Below, in pieces: positions 9,396 through 18,937 of a DNA stretch of 64,000 nucleotides. How positions within the stretch are numbered: the stretch's first letter is position 1; every line of letters starts with the position of its first letter. The notes below the pieces were generated by a model. That model did no database searches, was not told the DNA's origin, and was given only the letters and a program-made list of their open reading frames with translations. The position numbers and the translations under genes are program-made. The stretch is taken from contig JBNGDF010000008.1 in NCBI GenBank assembly GCA_049975265.1, positions 32,001 through 96,000 on the forward strand, written 5' to 3'. This stretch comes from Fidelibacterota bacterium (lineage in GTDB: Bacteria; Fidelibacterota; UBA2242).

Positions 9396-10142
9396 ATGAC
9401 AGCCCTCTTCCGGAAAATTGGCAACTCGCAAACCTTAAGTCAGGAAATCGTTGCGAAGATCGAGGCGGTTATCCGGCAAAAAAAGGTTCTCCCCGCTGAA
9501 AAATTGCCGACCGAGAAGGAGCTGTGCCACATGTTCGGGGTCAGCCGGACCGCCTTGCGGGAAGCGCTGCAGATGCTCAGTGCCCGGGGGCTGATCAGCA
9601 TTCGAAAGGGTAGCGGGATTTATGTCAACGACTATTCCTCAATGCATGTGATTGAGCCGATGAACCTCTTTCTTGAATTGAAGCTGGACCGTGATTATAT
9701 CCTGTATGTCATGGAGGTTCGCAAGATGTTCGAGCCGACGATCGCCCGGCTGGCGGCGCTTAACAGGAACGCCGATGATCTGCGCAAACTTGCCCTGAAT
9801 CTGCAGAAGCTGCAGCAGTCTCCGCCGGAGGATTATATCAAACAGGGACAGATTGATCGGGATTTTCATCTGATCATTGCCAATGCCTGCCGGAACCCGA
9901 TCATACCGCTCATGGTGACACCGATTTTTCAACTGATGCCGAAAATCCGTTCGCTGGTGTATGCCAATGTGACATCTGCCCAGGATGAAGCGATCGATTA
10001 TCATCAGAGAATTGCATTGAAAATCCGTGACCGGGACCCGGAAGGCGCCTATCAGGCGATGGTGGCGCATCTGCAACGCGCCGAAAGTCATTCGAAAGAG
10101 ATATTATCCGCAGCTGATTTAAAATTACAGGAGCTATCGTGA
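9396..10142 (+). CDS. GntR/FadR-family transcriptional regulator
   Basis: LPTEKELCHMFGVSRTALREAL wHTH, FCD domain (DRDFH, ACRN, YHQRI, MVAHL). Confidence 0.95.
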   Translation: MTALFRKIGNSQTLSQEIVAKIEAVIRQKKVLPAEKLPTEKELCHMFGVSRTALREALQMLSARGLISIRKGSGIYVNDYSSMHVIEPMNLFLELKLDRDYILYVMEVRKMFEPTIARLAALNRNADDLRKLALNLQKLQQSPPEDYIKQGQIDRDFHLIIANACRNPIIPLMVTPIFQLMPKIRSLVYANVTSAQDEAIDYHQRIALKIRDRDPEGAYQAMVAHLQRAESHSKEILSAADLKLQELS

Positions 10143-10789
10143 AACGGGCAATCATTCAGGAAACATTGGAACGGTCGGGTATCATGGCAGTGATTCGACT
10201 GAGGAATGCCGATAAGCTGACCGAGATAATCGACGCCCTGATCAACGGAGGAATTCGGGCGTTGGAAATCACCATGACGACACCGAATGCGGTTGAGATT
10301 ATCCGTGACACCAGTCAAAATCTCTCTGCGGATTTTATTATAGGGGCGGGAACGGTTCTCAACGCGGAAGCGGCGGAGGCGGTCATCCAGGCGGGTGCTC
10401 AGTTTGTGGTCAGCCCGGTATTCAAACCGGAAATCATCTCAGTGGCGCATAAGCATGACAAAGTCGCCATTCCCGGTGCCTTCAGTGCGACGGAAATCCT
10501 GGTTGCCTGGGAGAGCGGCGCCGATATGGTAAAGGTTTTCCCGGCGACCGTTCTAGGACCGCGCTATTTCAAGGATATACACGGACCTCTGCCGCAGGTA
10601 AAATTGACACCCACCGGCGGCGTATCGCTGAGCAATGCCGAAGAGTTTATCCGTTGCGGGGCGGTCTGTCTGGGGGTGGGCAGTGCCTTGCTGGATAAGG
10701 ATCTCATCTGGGGTCAGAATTGGGCGGCTTTGACGGAAAAAGCCCGTCAGTTCAGGGCGGCGGTAGAGAAAGGAAGAGCGCTAAAATGA
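10139..10789 (+). CDS. eda: KDPG/KHG aldolase
   Basis: EITMTTP, GAGTVL, FVVSP, KVFPA, PTGGV. Confidence 0.95.
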   Translation: MKRAIIQETLERSGIMAVIRLRNADKLTEIIDALINGGIRALEITMTTPNAVEIIRDTSQNLSADFIIGAGTVLNAEAAEAVIQAGAQFVVSPVFKPEIISVAHKHDKVAIPGAFSATEILVAWESGADMVKVFPATVLGPRYFKDIHGPLPQVKLTPTGGVSLSNAEEFIRCGAVCLGVGSALLDKDLIWGQNWAALTEKARQFRAAVEKGRALK

Positions 10790-10814
10790 ATTTATTGAAA
10801 TGGAGATGGTCCCA

Positions 10815-11840
10815 ATGATTCCCAGGATTGTAACCTTTGGAGAGATCATGCTGCGCCTGGCGCCTGATGATTATGAGCGGATCATCCAGACGAATCGGTT
10901 TCAGGCAACCTACGGCGGAGGTGAAGCCAATGTAGCGGTATCGCTGGCACAGCTGGGCGACGAGTGTTGGTTTGTGACCCGTCTGCCGGAGAATGCTCTC
11001 GGCGATGCGGCAATCCAGACGCTGTCTGGCTATGGTGTCCGGGTTGACCACATTATACGCGGCGGTCAGCGGATCGGTATCTACTTTCTGGAGCAGGGTG
11101 CCTCGCTGCGTCCGTCCAGGGTGATCTACGACCGCGCCGGATCGGCGATAACGGAAATCAAGACCGGGAGCCTGGAATGGTCAGCGATTTTTAAGGGGAA
11201 GGACTGGTTTCATATTACCGGAATCACGCCGGCGATTTCGAAGTCGGCAGCCGCCGTCAGTCTGGAGGCAGTCAGGACGGCGAAGCATGCCGGTCTGAGA
11301 GTCAGTTGTGACCTGAATTATCGCAGGAAGCTCTGGACCCGCGTTGAGGCGCAGGCAGTTATGGCGGAATTGGTTCGGTATACCGATCTGATCATTGCCA
11401 ATGAAGAGGATGCCGCTGACGTATTTGGAATCCGCGCCGGTGCCGGTGATGTAAAAGCGGGGAAGTTGGATAGTGCCCAGTATCGGGATGTTGCAGAACA
11501 GCTGGCGGCTTTGTCGGGTGCCGGAAAAGTCGCCATAACTCTGCGGGAAAGTCTCTCGGCGTCGGATAACAACTGGTCGGCGCTGCTGTTTGATGGTGAA
11601 AATTTTTATGAGAGTCGCAAATATGCGATTCACATAGTCGATCGGGTTGGCGGCGGCGATTCTTTTGGTGCCGGTCTGATTCACGGTCTGCTCAGGGGTT
11701 GGGAGATGCAGACCGCGCTGGAGTTTGCCGTTGCGGCATCCGCGCTGAAACAGACCATTCCCGGAGATATGAATCTGGTCAAAGAAGATGAAGTTATGGC
11801 TGTCGTGAAGGGTGATGTTTCGGGGCGGGTTCAGCGCTGA
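10815..11840 (+). CDS. kdgK: 2-keto-3-deoxygluconate kinase (PfkB family)
   Basis: FGEIMLRL, GGGEANVA, TGITPA, DLNYRRKLW, DRVGGGDSF; start chosen after GGAG RBS. Confidence 0.92.
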   Translation: MIPRIVTFGEIMLRLAPDDYERIIQTNRFQATYGGGEANVAVSLAQLGDECWFVTRLPENALGDAAIQTLSGYGVRVDHIIRGGQRIGIYFLEQGASLRPSRVIYDRAGSAITEIKTGSLEWSAIFKGKDWFHITGITPAISKSAAAVSLEAVRTAKHAGLRVSCDLNYRRKLWTRVEAQAVMAELVRYTDLIIANEEDAADVFGIRAGAGDVKAGKLDSAQYRDVAEQLAALSGAGKVAITLRESLSASDNNWSALLFDGENFYESRKYAIHIVDRVGGGDSFGAGLIHGLLRGWEMQTALEFAVAASALKQTIPGDMNLVKEDEVMAVVKGDVSGRVQR

Positions 11841-11903
11841 AATATCGCATCCGGCAGCTGTCGCCGGCTGAATGATTTTGGAAAACATGAAAAAGGAGTT
11901 GTT

Positions 11904-13151
11904 ATGAAATTGTCCAGGTATTCGATGGGTGTTGGGGACCGCTTTGGTCGGGAAGGGGTTGCCCAGTTAGCCGCGATGTTCAAAGCCAGTGAACAGGGTA
12001 TTCCGATAACACCTGTTTGGAATAAATCGTTTCGCGAACATCAGATCATTGGTAGTACACCGGCGGACACCCGTCGGGCGGCGGATGAAGCGGTGCGCTC
12101 TGCGGGATGGCAGGCGGCTTACTTTGTGGATGGCGACCATATCGATCTGAAAACGGTGGACGATTTTATGCAATCCAGCGATTTTTTTACCATGGATGTC
12201 GCCGACGAAATCGGCAAGCCGGTGGAAGATGCAAAATTGCGGGAGTATATGCAGTTTTGTGAGCGGTTTCACCGGTCGTTTGAAATTCCCGGGATTGCGG
12301 AGAAGCTCGACGTCAGCCCCGAGATGGTTCGTCAGATTGCGCAACAGTATCTGGCGGGTATTCTGGAGGCAGAAAAAATCTACCGGCATATCGCAGAACG
12401 GGTAAAGAAGCCCTTTGTGCTGGAGTTGTCCATCGATGAAACAGAGCAGCCGCAGCGTCCGGTGGAGCTTTTCTTTATTCTGGCGGGTGCCGCCTGGTGC
12501 CGTCTGCCGCTGGATACGATCGCGCCGAAGTTCAGCGGTCGTTTCAATAAGGGGGTCGATTATGTGGGTGATGCCGCCCGGTTTGCCCGGGAATTTGAGG
12601 AGGACATTCTGGTGGTCAAATTTGCCGTACAGGAATTTGGATTGCCGGCATCGTTGAAACTGAGCGTCCATTCCGGCAGCGATAAATTTACCCTTTATCC
12701 GATTATTCGGAAAATTTTGCATAAACAGAACGCCGGAGTTCACCTGAAGACGGCGGGTACCACCTGGCTCGAAGAGCTGATTGGTATCGCTGCCGCTGGT
12801 GGCGCCGGTCTGGATCTGGCGAAATCGATCTATTCCGATGCCTATGACCGCCAGGCGGAGCTGGTAAAACCCTATGCTCCGGTGCTGGATATTCACCCCA
12901 AACGTCTGCCCTCTCCGGCGGATGTCCGGACCTGGAGCAGTGCTGAATTCGTTGGTGCATTGCGGCATGTTCAGACGGAAAAACGGTATAATCCCGACTT
13001 TCGCCAGCTCCTGCACGTAGCATATAAAATTGCCGCCGAGCGGTGCACAGAATTCGACCGGGCGCTCCAGCATTATGTCGATTTTATCGCTCCCAACGTG
13101 ACCGAAAACCTCTTTGAACGCCATATCAAGCCGCTGTTTTTAGAGGAATAA
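11904..13151 (+). CDS. uxaE: Tagaturonate/fructuronate epimerase
   Basis: GVGDRFG, DGDHI, ELSIDET, GRFNKGVDY, SVHSGSDKF, HLKTAGTTWLE. Confidence 0.9.
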   Translation: MKLSRYSMGVGDRFGREGVAQLAAMFKASEQGIPITPVWNKSFREHQIIGSTPADTRRAADEAVRSAGWQAAYFVDGDHIDLKTVDDFMQSSDFFTMDVADEIGKPVEDAKLREYMQFCERFHRSFEIPGIAEKLDVSPEMVRQIAQQYLAGILEAEKIYRHIAERVKKPFVLELSIDETEQPQRPVELFFILAGAAWCRLPLDTIAPKFSGRFNKGVDYVGDAARFAREFEEDILVVKFAVQEFGLPASLKLSVHSGSDKFTLYPIIRKILHKQNAGVHLKTAGTTWLEELIGIAAAGGAGLDLAKSIYSDAYDRQAELVKPYAPVLDIHPKRLPSPADVRTWSSAEFVGALRHVQTEKRYNPDFRQLLHVAYKIAAERCTEFDRALQHYVDFIAPNVTENLFERHIKPLFLEE

Positions 13152-13169
13152 TTCCATTTAGCGGGTCCT

Positions 13170-16100
13170 ATGCGACGTTTCAATCAATTCAAGAAGATAA
13201 ACCAATTCCTTCTGTTTATTGGACTGGTGACGGGATTTCTGTATGCCGCCGTTCCGAAAATCAGTTTTGAGCATCTGACGATCAAAAACGGTCTTTCCGA
13301 CGGCAGAATAGACTGCATCACCCAGGACAGCTACGGCTTTCTGTGGTTTGGAACGCAGGATGGGTTGAATCGCTTTGACGGCTACAGTTTTACGGTTTTT
13401 GACCACGACATTTTTGATTCCACGTCGATATCTTCCAACTGGATTCGTTGCGTTGCCGAGGATCGTGAGGGTAATCTCTGGATTGGAACGGAGGGCGGCG
13501 GGTTAAACCGCTTCGATTACGAGATGGAGCAGTTTACCCGCTGGTTCAATCAACCGAACGATCCGGAAAGTCTGAATGATAACTTTGTCCGGGTCATTCT
13601 GGTGGACAGCTACGGCGATCTCTGGATCGGAACCAGGACCGGGCTGGTCCAATTTGATTACGAAAAGGGTCGCTTCGTCCCCTTCCACCATGAACCATAT
13701 AATGTCAACAGCCCGGCTTTCAATGAAAATATTACCGATTTGATTGAGGACAGTCACCGCAATCTCTGGATCGGTACGCAGGACGGCATTTACCATTACA
13801 ATCGTCAAAAGGGAACCGTCCGGCACTGGCGCTTTTCCAGTGAAGCAGACCGGATCAGTGCTATTTTCGAAGACAGCTACGGAGACGTCTGGGTTGGCAG
13901 CCGCTATACCGGCATCAAAGTCTTTGACCGGAAAACCCGTTCCTTTACTCTATTTCAAAACGAACCCGACGATGCTGCCAGCCTGAGCAGCAACGAGGTG
14001 AAGGATATTTTTGAAGACCGGGACAATAATCTCTGGATTGCGACGATTCAGGGCGGTCTGAATCTATACGATCGGAGTAGCGGCAAATTCCGGCATTTTA
14101 TCAATAATCCCGATGATCCTTCGAGTCTGAGCAGTAACAGTGTCCGCACCATCTACCAGGACCGTACCGGTGTGATGTGGTTCGGAATGGACGGGAGCGG
14201 CATCGACCACTATGTTAAAGACCGTCAAAAATTCCAACTCTACCATAACCGGATCGGGAATCCCTATAATCTCAGTAACAATACGATTTTATCCATTTAT
14301 GAGGACCGCGAAGGTCTTCTCTGGCTTGGAACCGAGGGTGGTGGCTTGAACCGCCTTGATCTCAAATCCAGCAGTTGTGTTCATTATCTGGCTGATAAGG
14401 ATGATCAGCGGAGTATCAGCAGTGATCAGGTCACCTGTATTTTTGAAGATGGCGACGGGCATTTCTGGATCGGGACAAAGGAGGGTTTGAACCGCTTTGA
14501 ACGGCGTCAAAATTCCTTTACCCGTCATTACAATACCAATACACCGATCACCTCCAATAATTTCATCAACATTATTCAGGAAGATGATCGCGGGCGGCTT
14601 ATTCTGGGCACCAATAATGGGATTGTCTGCTTTGACAAGTCCAGTGGCGAATTCGAGCACCTTGATTTTGATGAGAGCGGGGTTCTGAACAGTGAGGTTG
14701 TCCTGACGCTGCTAGTCGATAATGGGATTTTGTGGATCGGATATCTACGTTCCGGTCTGGTGGCTTACGATCTGCAGGAGAAGCGGTACACCCATTTTCG
14801 CTCTGACCCCGCCCGCTCGGACCGTCTGAGTAATAATTTTGTGCAGTATATTTACAGGGACAACAGGGGACATCTCTGGGTTGCCACCCGGAAAGGACTG
14901 AACTGCAAAATTCCGGGTTCCGATGGCTTCCGGCAGTACACCAAGGCGGAGGGTTTGCCCAGCAATGTGATCGTCGGCATTCTTGAAGACCGTAACGGCT
15001 GCCTCTGGCTCAGTACCACCAACGGGCTTTCGAAATTTGATCCGCGGCAGGAAACCTTCACGAATTACGATATTGATGATGGACTGCAGGGCAATCAGTT
15101 TTGGATCAACTCCTGCTTCAGGAGTCCTTCCGGTGAACTCTTTTTCGGGGGCAATAACGGTTTTAATTCCTTCTATCCCGAGCGGCTGGAGGCGCTGTCC
15201 AATCCTCTGGTACCGCCCATCTTCATTACCCGCATTGTGGTGCGGGAAAAGCCCTATCCCTACAGTGTGACATCAAATTTCAGCGAACGCCCGCCGGTTG
15301 AATTTGCCCATAACGAAAACCGGATTTCCTTTGAATTTGCAGCGCTCGACTTCACCCGCCCGGGGAAAAATCAGTATGCGTACCGGCTGGAAGGCTTTGA
15401 TGACAAGTGGATCAGCGCGGGAACCCGACGCTATGCAAATTATACGAATTTAAATCCCGGACGCTATGTTTTCCGCGTAAAAGGGAGCAATAATGACGGC
15501 GTCTGGAACGAGACGGGGACATCATTCAGCTTTATCATCAAAACGCCTTTCTGGAAAACCGGCTGGGCGATTCTGCTCTATGTAATCGGGTTAATCGGAA
15601 TTGTTTATGGAATCAATGTGTACACCCTGAATCTGGTACGTGCCCGGCATGATCTGAAAATCGAACGGATGGAGAAGGAACAGGTTCAGAAGTTGAACAA
15701 ATTCAAACTGCAATTTTTTACCGATGTAGCGCATGAACTCAAGGCTCCGTTGACCCTGATTCAGGCGCCGCTGGATGAGATTTTGCATTCGGGCAGAAAA
15801 AATCTACCCTATAAAAAAGAGTTGCAGTTAATGTATCGTAATGTAAAATACCTGACCCGGCTGGTCTATCAGTTGCTGACCTTTCGGCGGGCTGAGCAGA
15901 AACGCATGACTCTGAAGGCTTCGCAGGGTGACCTGATTCAGTTCGCCCGGGAGGTGTTCGAACTCTTTGCCGAAAGTGCCAGAAAGCACCATATCGATTA
16001 TCGCTTTGAGGCGCAGGTGTCACCGCTCAACGGCTGGTTCGATTGGGAAAAGCTGGAAGAGATACTCATCAACATCATCGATAACGCCTTCAAATATACG

Positions 16101-17291
16101 CCGGATAACGGGCGTATTTGTGTGAAAATCGCGCCGGACGACGACGCCCCGGACAGCTGGGTAGAGATCAGTGTCAAGGACAGTGGGGTCGGAATCAGTG
16201 CCAAAAATCTGGAACATCTTTTTGAACGGTTTTATTATGCCGGCAACGGACAACATACCAGCCGGCTCAGTTCCGGATTGGGTCTGGCGCTGACCAAACG
16301 GCTGGTGGAGCTGCATCACGGGAGGATCCTCGTTGAGAGTCAGGAGGGCTGCGGAAGCACCTTCCGGATACAATTGCCCGTGAGTCGTGAAAAGTTGAGC
16401 GATGATGAGATTATCACCGATATTTCGGAGACAGCTCATTTTCACCGGATTGTGGAAGCGGGCAGTGAGGATCCGGTGGTATCGGAAGATACGGTGGAAA
16501 AGACGGCGGACTCCAAAGACGTCGCCGAGCGACCGCTGGTGTTGCTCGTTGAAGATGACAGTGAGCTGCGGGCGTACCTGCGTAAATCGTTATCTCAGAA
16601 ATACCGTATCGCGGAAGCACGGGATGGCGCCAAGGGCTTTGAGAAGGCGAGAATGCTGGTGCCGAACATCATTATCAGCGATGTCATCATGCCGAATCTT
16701 GATGGGATTGAGATGTGCCGGCGGCTCAAAGATGAAATTACCACCAGCCATATTCCGATTATTCTGTTGACGGCGAAGGCGACCATCGAGGCAAAAATCC
16801 AGGGAATTGAAACCGGTGCTGACGATTATATTGAAAAACCTTTCCATTTCCGCTTTCTGAATGCCCGCATCAAGAATATTCTGAAATCCCGGGAGAAATT
16901 GCGGGAGCGCTACCGCAAGGAGCTGATTCTTGAGCCGGAAGAGGTCTCGGTGACCTCGACGGACGAAAAGCTGTTGATGAGTATCCGCAAACTCGTGGAA
17001 GCGCGCCTGGACGATCCGACTCTGGAGGTCGGACATCTTGCCGTTGAAACCGGTTTGAGCCGCACGAACCTGTTCATCAAGCTGAAAGCGCTGACCGGTT
17101 ATTCGCCCGGGGAGTTCATCAGAACCATCCGTCTGGAAAAAGCCGCCCAGTATCTGGAGAAGAGCGATATGACCGTCAGCGAGATCGCCTACGCCGTGGG
17201 ATTCAAATATCCCAAATATTTCAGTACCTGCTTCCATCAGTATTTCGGTCGGACACCTTCCGAATACCGGGAGCAGGTGGAAATTCGGTAA
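13170..17291 (+). CDS. Hybrid two-component system (beta-propeller sensor, YYY domain, His kinase, receiver, AraC HTH)
   Basis: Repeated D..G.LW.GT.GGL propeller blades, YTNLNPGRY, TM helix, H-box DVAHELKAPLTLI, NAFKYT, GLGL, SDVIMP receiver, GFKYPKYFSTCF HTH. Confidence 0.97.
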   Translation: MRRFNQFKKINQFLLFIGLVTGFLYAAVPKISFEHLTIKNGLSDGRIDCITQDSYGFLWFGTQDGLNRFDGYSFTVFDHDIFDSTSISSNWIRCVAEDREGNLWIGTEGGGLNRFDYEMEQFTRWFNQPNDPESLNDNFVRVILVDSYGDLWIGTRTGLVQFDYEKGRFVPFHHEPYNVNSPAFNENITDLIEDSHRNLWIGTQDGIYHYNRQKGTVRHWRFSSEADRISAIFEDSYGDVWVGSRYTGIKVFDRKTRSFTLFQNEPDDAASLSSNEVKDIFEDRDNNLWIATIQGGLNLYDRSSGKFRHFINNPDDPSSLSSNSVRTIYQDRTGVMWFGMDGSGIDHYVKDRQKFQLYHNRIGNPYNLSNNTILSIYEDREGLLWLGTEGGGLNRLDLKSSSCVHYLADKDDQRSISSDQVTCIFEDGDGHFWIGTKEGLNRFERRQNSFTRHYNTNTPITSNNFINIIQEDDRGRLILGTNNGIVCFDKSSGEFEHLDFDESGVLNSEVVLTLLVDNGILWIGYLRSGLVAYDLQEKRYTHFRSDPARSDRLSNNFVQYIYRDNRGHLWVATRKGLNCKIPGSDGFRQYTKAEGLPSNVIVGILEDRNGCLWLSTTNGLSKFDPRQETFTNYDIDDGLQGNQFWINSCFRSPSGELFFGGNNGFNSFYPERLEALSNPLVPPIFITRIVVREKPYPYSVTSNFSERPPVEFAHNENRISFEFAALDFTRPGKNQYAYRLEGFDDKWISAGTRRYANYTNLNPGRYVFRVKGSNNDGVWNETGTSFSFIIKTPFWKTGWAILLYVIGLIGIVYGINVYTLNLVRARHDLKIERMEKEQVQKLNKFKLQFFTDVAHELKAPLTLIQAPLDEILHSGRKNLPYKKELQLMYRNVKYLTRLVYQLLTFRRAEQKRMTLKASQGDLIQFAREVFELFAESARKHHIDYRFEAQVSPLNGWFDWEKLEEILINIIDNAFKYTPDNGRICVKIAPDDDAPDSWVEISVKDSGVGISAKNLEHLFERFYYAGNGQHTSRLSSGLGLALTKRLVELHHGRILVESQEGCGSTFRIQLPVSREKLSDDEIITDISETAHFHRIVEAGSEDPVVSEDTVEKTADSKDVAERPLVLLVEDDSELRAYLRKSLSQKYRIAEARDGAKGFEKARMLVPNIIISDVIMPNLDGIEMCRRLKDEITTSHIPIILLTAKATIEAKIQGIETGADDYIEKPFHFRFLNARIKNILKSREKLRERYRKELILEPEEVSVTSTDEKLLMSIRKLVEARLDDPTLEVGHLAVETGLSRTNLFIKLKALTGYSPGEFIRTIRLEKAAQYLEKSDMTVSEIAYAVGFKYPKYFSTCFHQYFGRTPSEYREQVEIR

Positions 17292-17315
17292 TCCGCATAA
17301 CATATATCAATCACA

Positions 17316-17378
17316 GAACATAATTGAACCATTTCTGAACGCAATCGGATTGACACGGGGGGGCGTTATCCGTATTTT
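17316..17378 (+). promoter_or_regulatory. sigma70 promoter with upstream phased GAAC direct repeats (candidate HTCS binding site)
   Basis: TTGACA(17350)-N17-TATTTT(17373); GAAC at 17316, 17326, 17337. Confidence 0.6.
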
Positions 17379-17421
17379 CAAACAGGATGTAAAGAAATAA
17401 AATAAGCGGAGGATTGTCGGT

Positions 17422-18792
17422 ATGAAAAAAATGTTACTATGTCTGAGTGTTCTTTTTGCGGCGGGTACGCTGCTGTATTCGCAGATATTTGTTCCACCCG
17501 GCGAGGGTACTCTCCATCAGGCTCTGGCTGATGCTGCCGACGGTGATGTTTTTCAGCTGGCGCCCGGTGAGACCTATACCGAAACCGGCTATACGGAGTT
17601 TGGCAATATTGTCGGGATGGATATCGCCATCGAAGTTGATGGCGACGGTTCGGAAAAGGCGGTTGTAAAGATGCAGACTGAGCGTGAGGGTGAAGAGACC
17701 ATTGCCTTTTTTAATGTTGGTGATCAAGCCTCACTGACCCTGCGGGGTGTCGAATTCGACGGCGCCTTAAACGATCTTCCCAATGCCAATTATCTGGTTA
17801 CCTTTACAATGGGAGAGGAGCCCACACCGATTCTGGTTAAAAAGATAACAGTTGAAAACTGCTATATCCACAATCTGGTGGACGATGTAATCGCCGCCGG
17901 TAACGGTGATATGAAGTATAATGTGGTCGTGGATTCCACGATCGTTGATAATGTCGTTATCACGAATACCTGCACCTCGATTTATTACAAATATGCCGGG
18001 GCAAATTTTATCTCCCTGACCAATTCGACCATCCACAACATCAACAGCTACGGTCTGCGGATCGCCGGTCCGGTGGAGAGCGGTCTGCCGGATAATACGC
18101 CCGTCGTCGTGATTGATCATACGACCTGGTATAAAATCGGGGTCGGCGACGATCAGCGCGAGACGATTCAGGGTGAGAAGGGACCTTTGCTGAATCCCTG
18201 GACGGTTTCGAATTCGATTTTTGTTGATCAGGTAAATAAAGACCGGACTTTTATTAATATTAAGGATAATCCCGGTCCTGGTGAAGAGAATGACTATCTG
18301 TCAACCATTGCCAGTATCTGTTTCTGGGATATCGGACAGGTGAATTTCAGGAGCCACACGGTGATGGATACATTGCGGATGGATCCGGGTTTTGCCGATC
18401 CTGATAACGGGGATTTTACCCTGCCGGCGCATTCACCACTCTTTTCTTTGGGGACGGATGGTGGTCCCATCGGTGATCCCCGCTGGTATATCGGGGTTTA
18501 TGCGATTGAAGATGATGTTCCGGTGGTCAGGTCTTTTGCATTGCATCAGAACTATCCGAATCCCTTTAATCCGGTGACGCAAATTTCCTTTGACTTGGCA
18601 AAATCGGGCTGGACAACGCTGGCGGTCTATGATTTGATGGGACGCGAGCTGGCGGTGATTGCCTCTGAAAACATGCGTCCCGGGAGTTATGAATACCGTT
18701 TTGATGCCAGCGGTTTGAGCTCGGGGGTCTATTTTTACCGGCTCAGTACCGCCGGTCAGACACTCACCAGGAAGATGATGTACCTTGAATAG
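17422..18792 (+). CDS. Secreted beta-helix (pectin lyase-like fold, DUF4957/DUF5123-like) protein with C-terminal sorting domain
   Basis: Signal peptide, beta-helix-like repeats, DPGFADPDNGDFTL...GPIGDPRW signature, CTD FALHQNYPNPFNP...SGVYFYRL...RKMMYLE. Confidence 0.8.
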   Translation: MKKMLLCLSVLFAAGTLLYSQIFVPPGEGTLHQALADAADGDVFQLAPGETYTETGYTEFGNIVGMDIAIEVDGDGSEKAVVKMQTEREGEETIAFFNVGDQASLTLRGVEFDGALNDLPNANYLVTFTMGEEPTPILVKKITVENCYIHNLVDDVIAAGNGDMKYNVVVDSTIVDNVVITNTCTSIYYKYAGANFISLTNSTIHNINSYGLRIAGPVESGLPDNTPVVVIDHTTWYKIGVGDDQRETIQGEKGPLLNPWTVSNSIFVDQVNKDRTFINIKDNPGPGEENDYLSTIASICFWDIGQVNFRSHTVMDTLRMDPGFADPDNGDFTLPAHSPLFSLGTDGGPIGDPRWYIGVYAIEDDVPVVRSFALHQNYPNPFNPVTQISFDLAKSGWTTLAVYDLMGRELAVIASENMRPGSYEYRFDASGLSSGVYFYRLSTAGQTLTRKMMYLE

Positions 18793-18836
18793 AATCATTC
18801 TTTCTCCTTTGGTTTCTCCTTTTCTGAAAGGTTTGG

Positions 18837-18869
18837 GCGTCCCGGCTAATGGTCTCATTGCCGGGACGC
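18837..18869 (+). other. Strong intergenic stem-loop (mRNA stabiliser or partial terminator)
   Basis: GCGTCCCGGC (18837-46) pairs with GCCGGGACGC (18860-69), inner AATG/CATT; no U-tract follows. Confidence 0.6.
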
Positions 18870-18937
18870 ACAGACCAATTCCCGAGGCGGGAAATAGCGG
18901 GCTGGCTGAATAATTTTATGAATGGATGTAAACGGAT

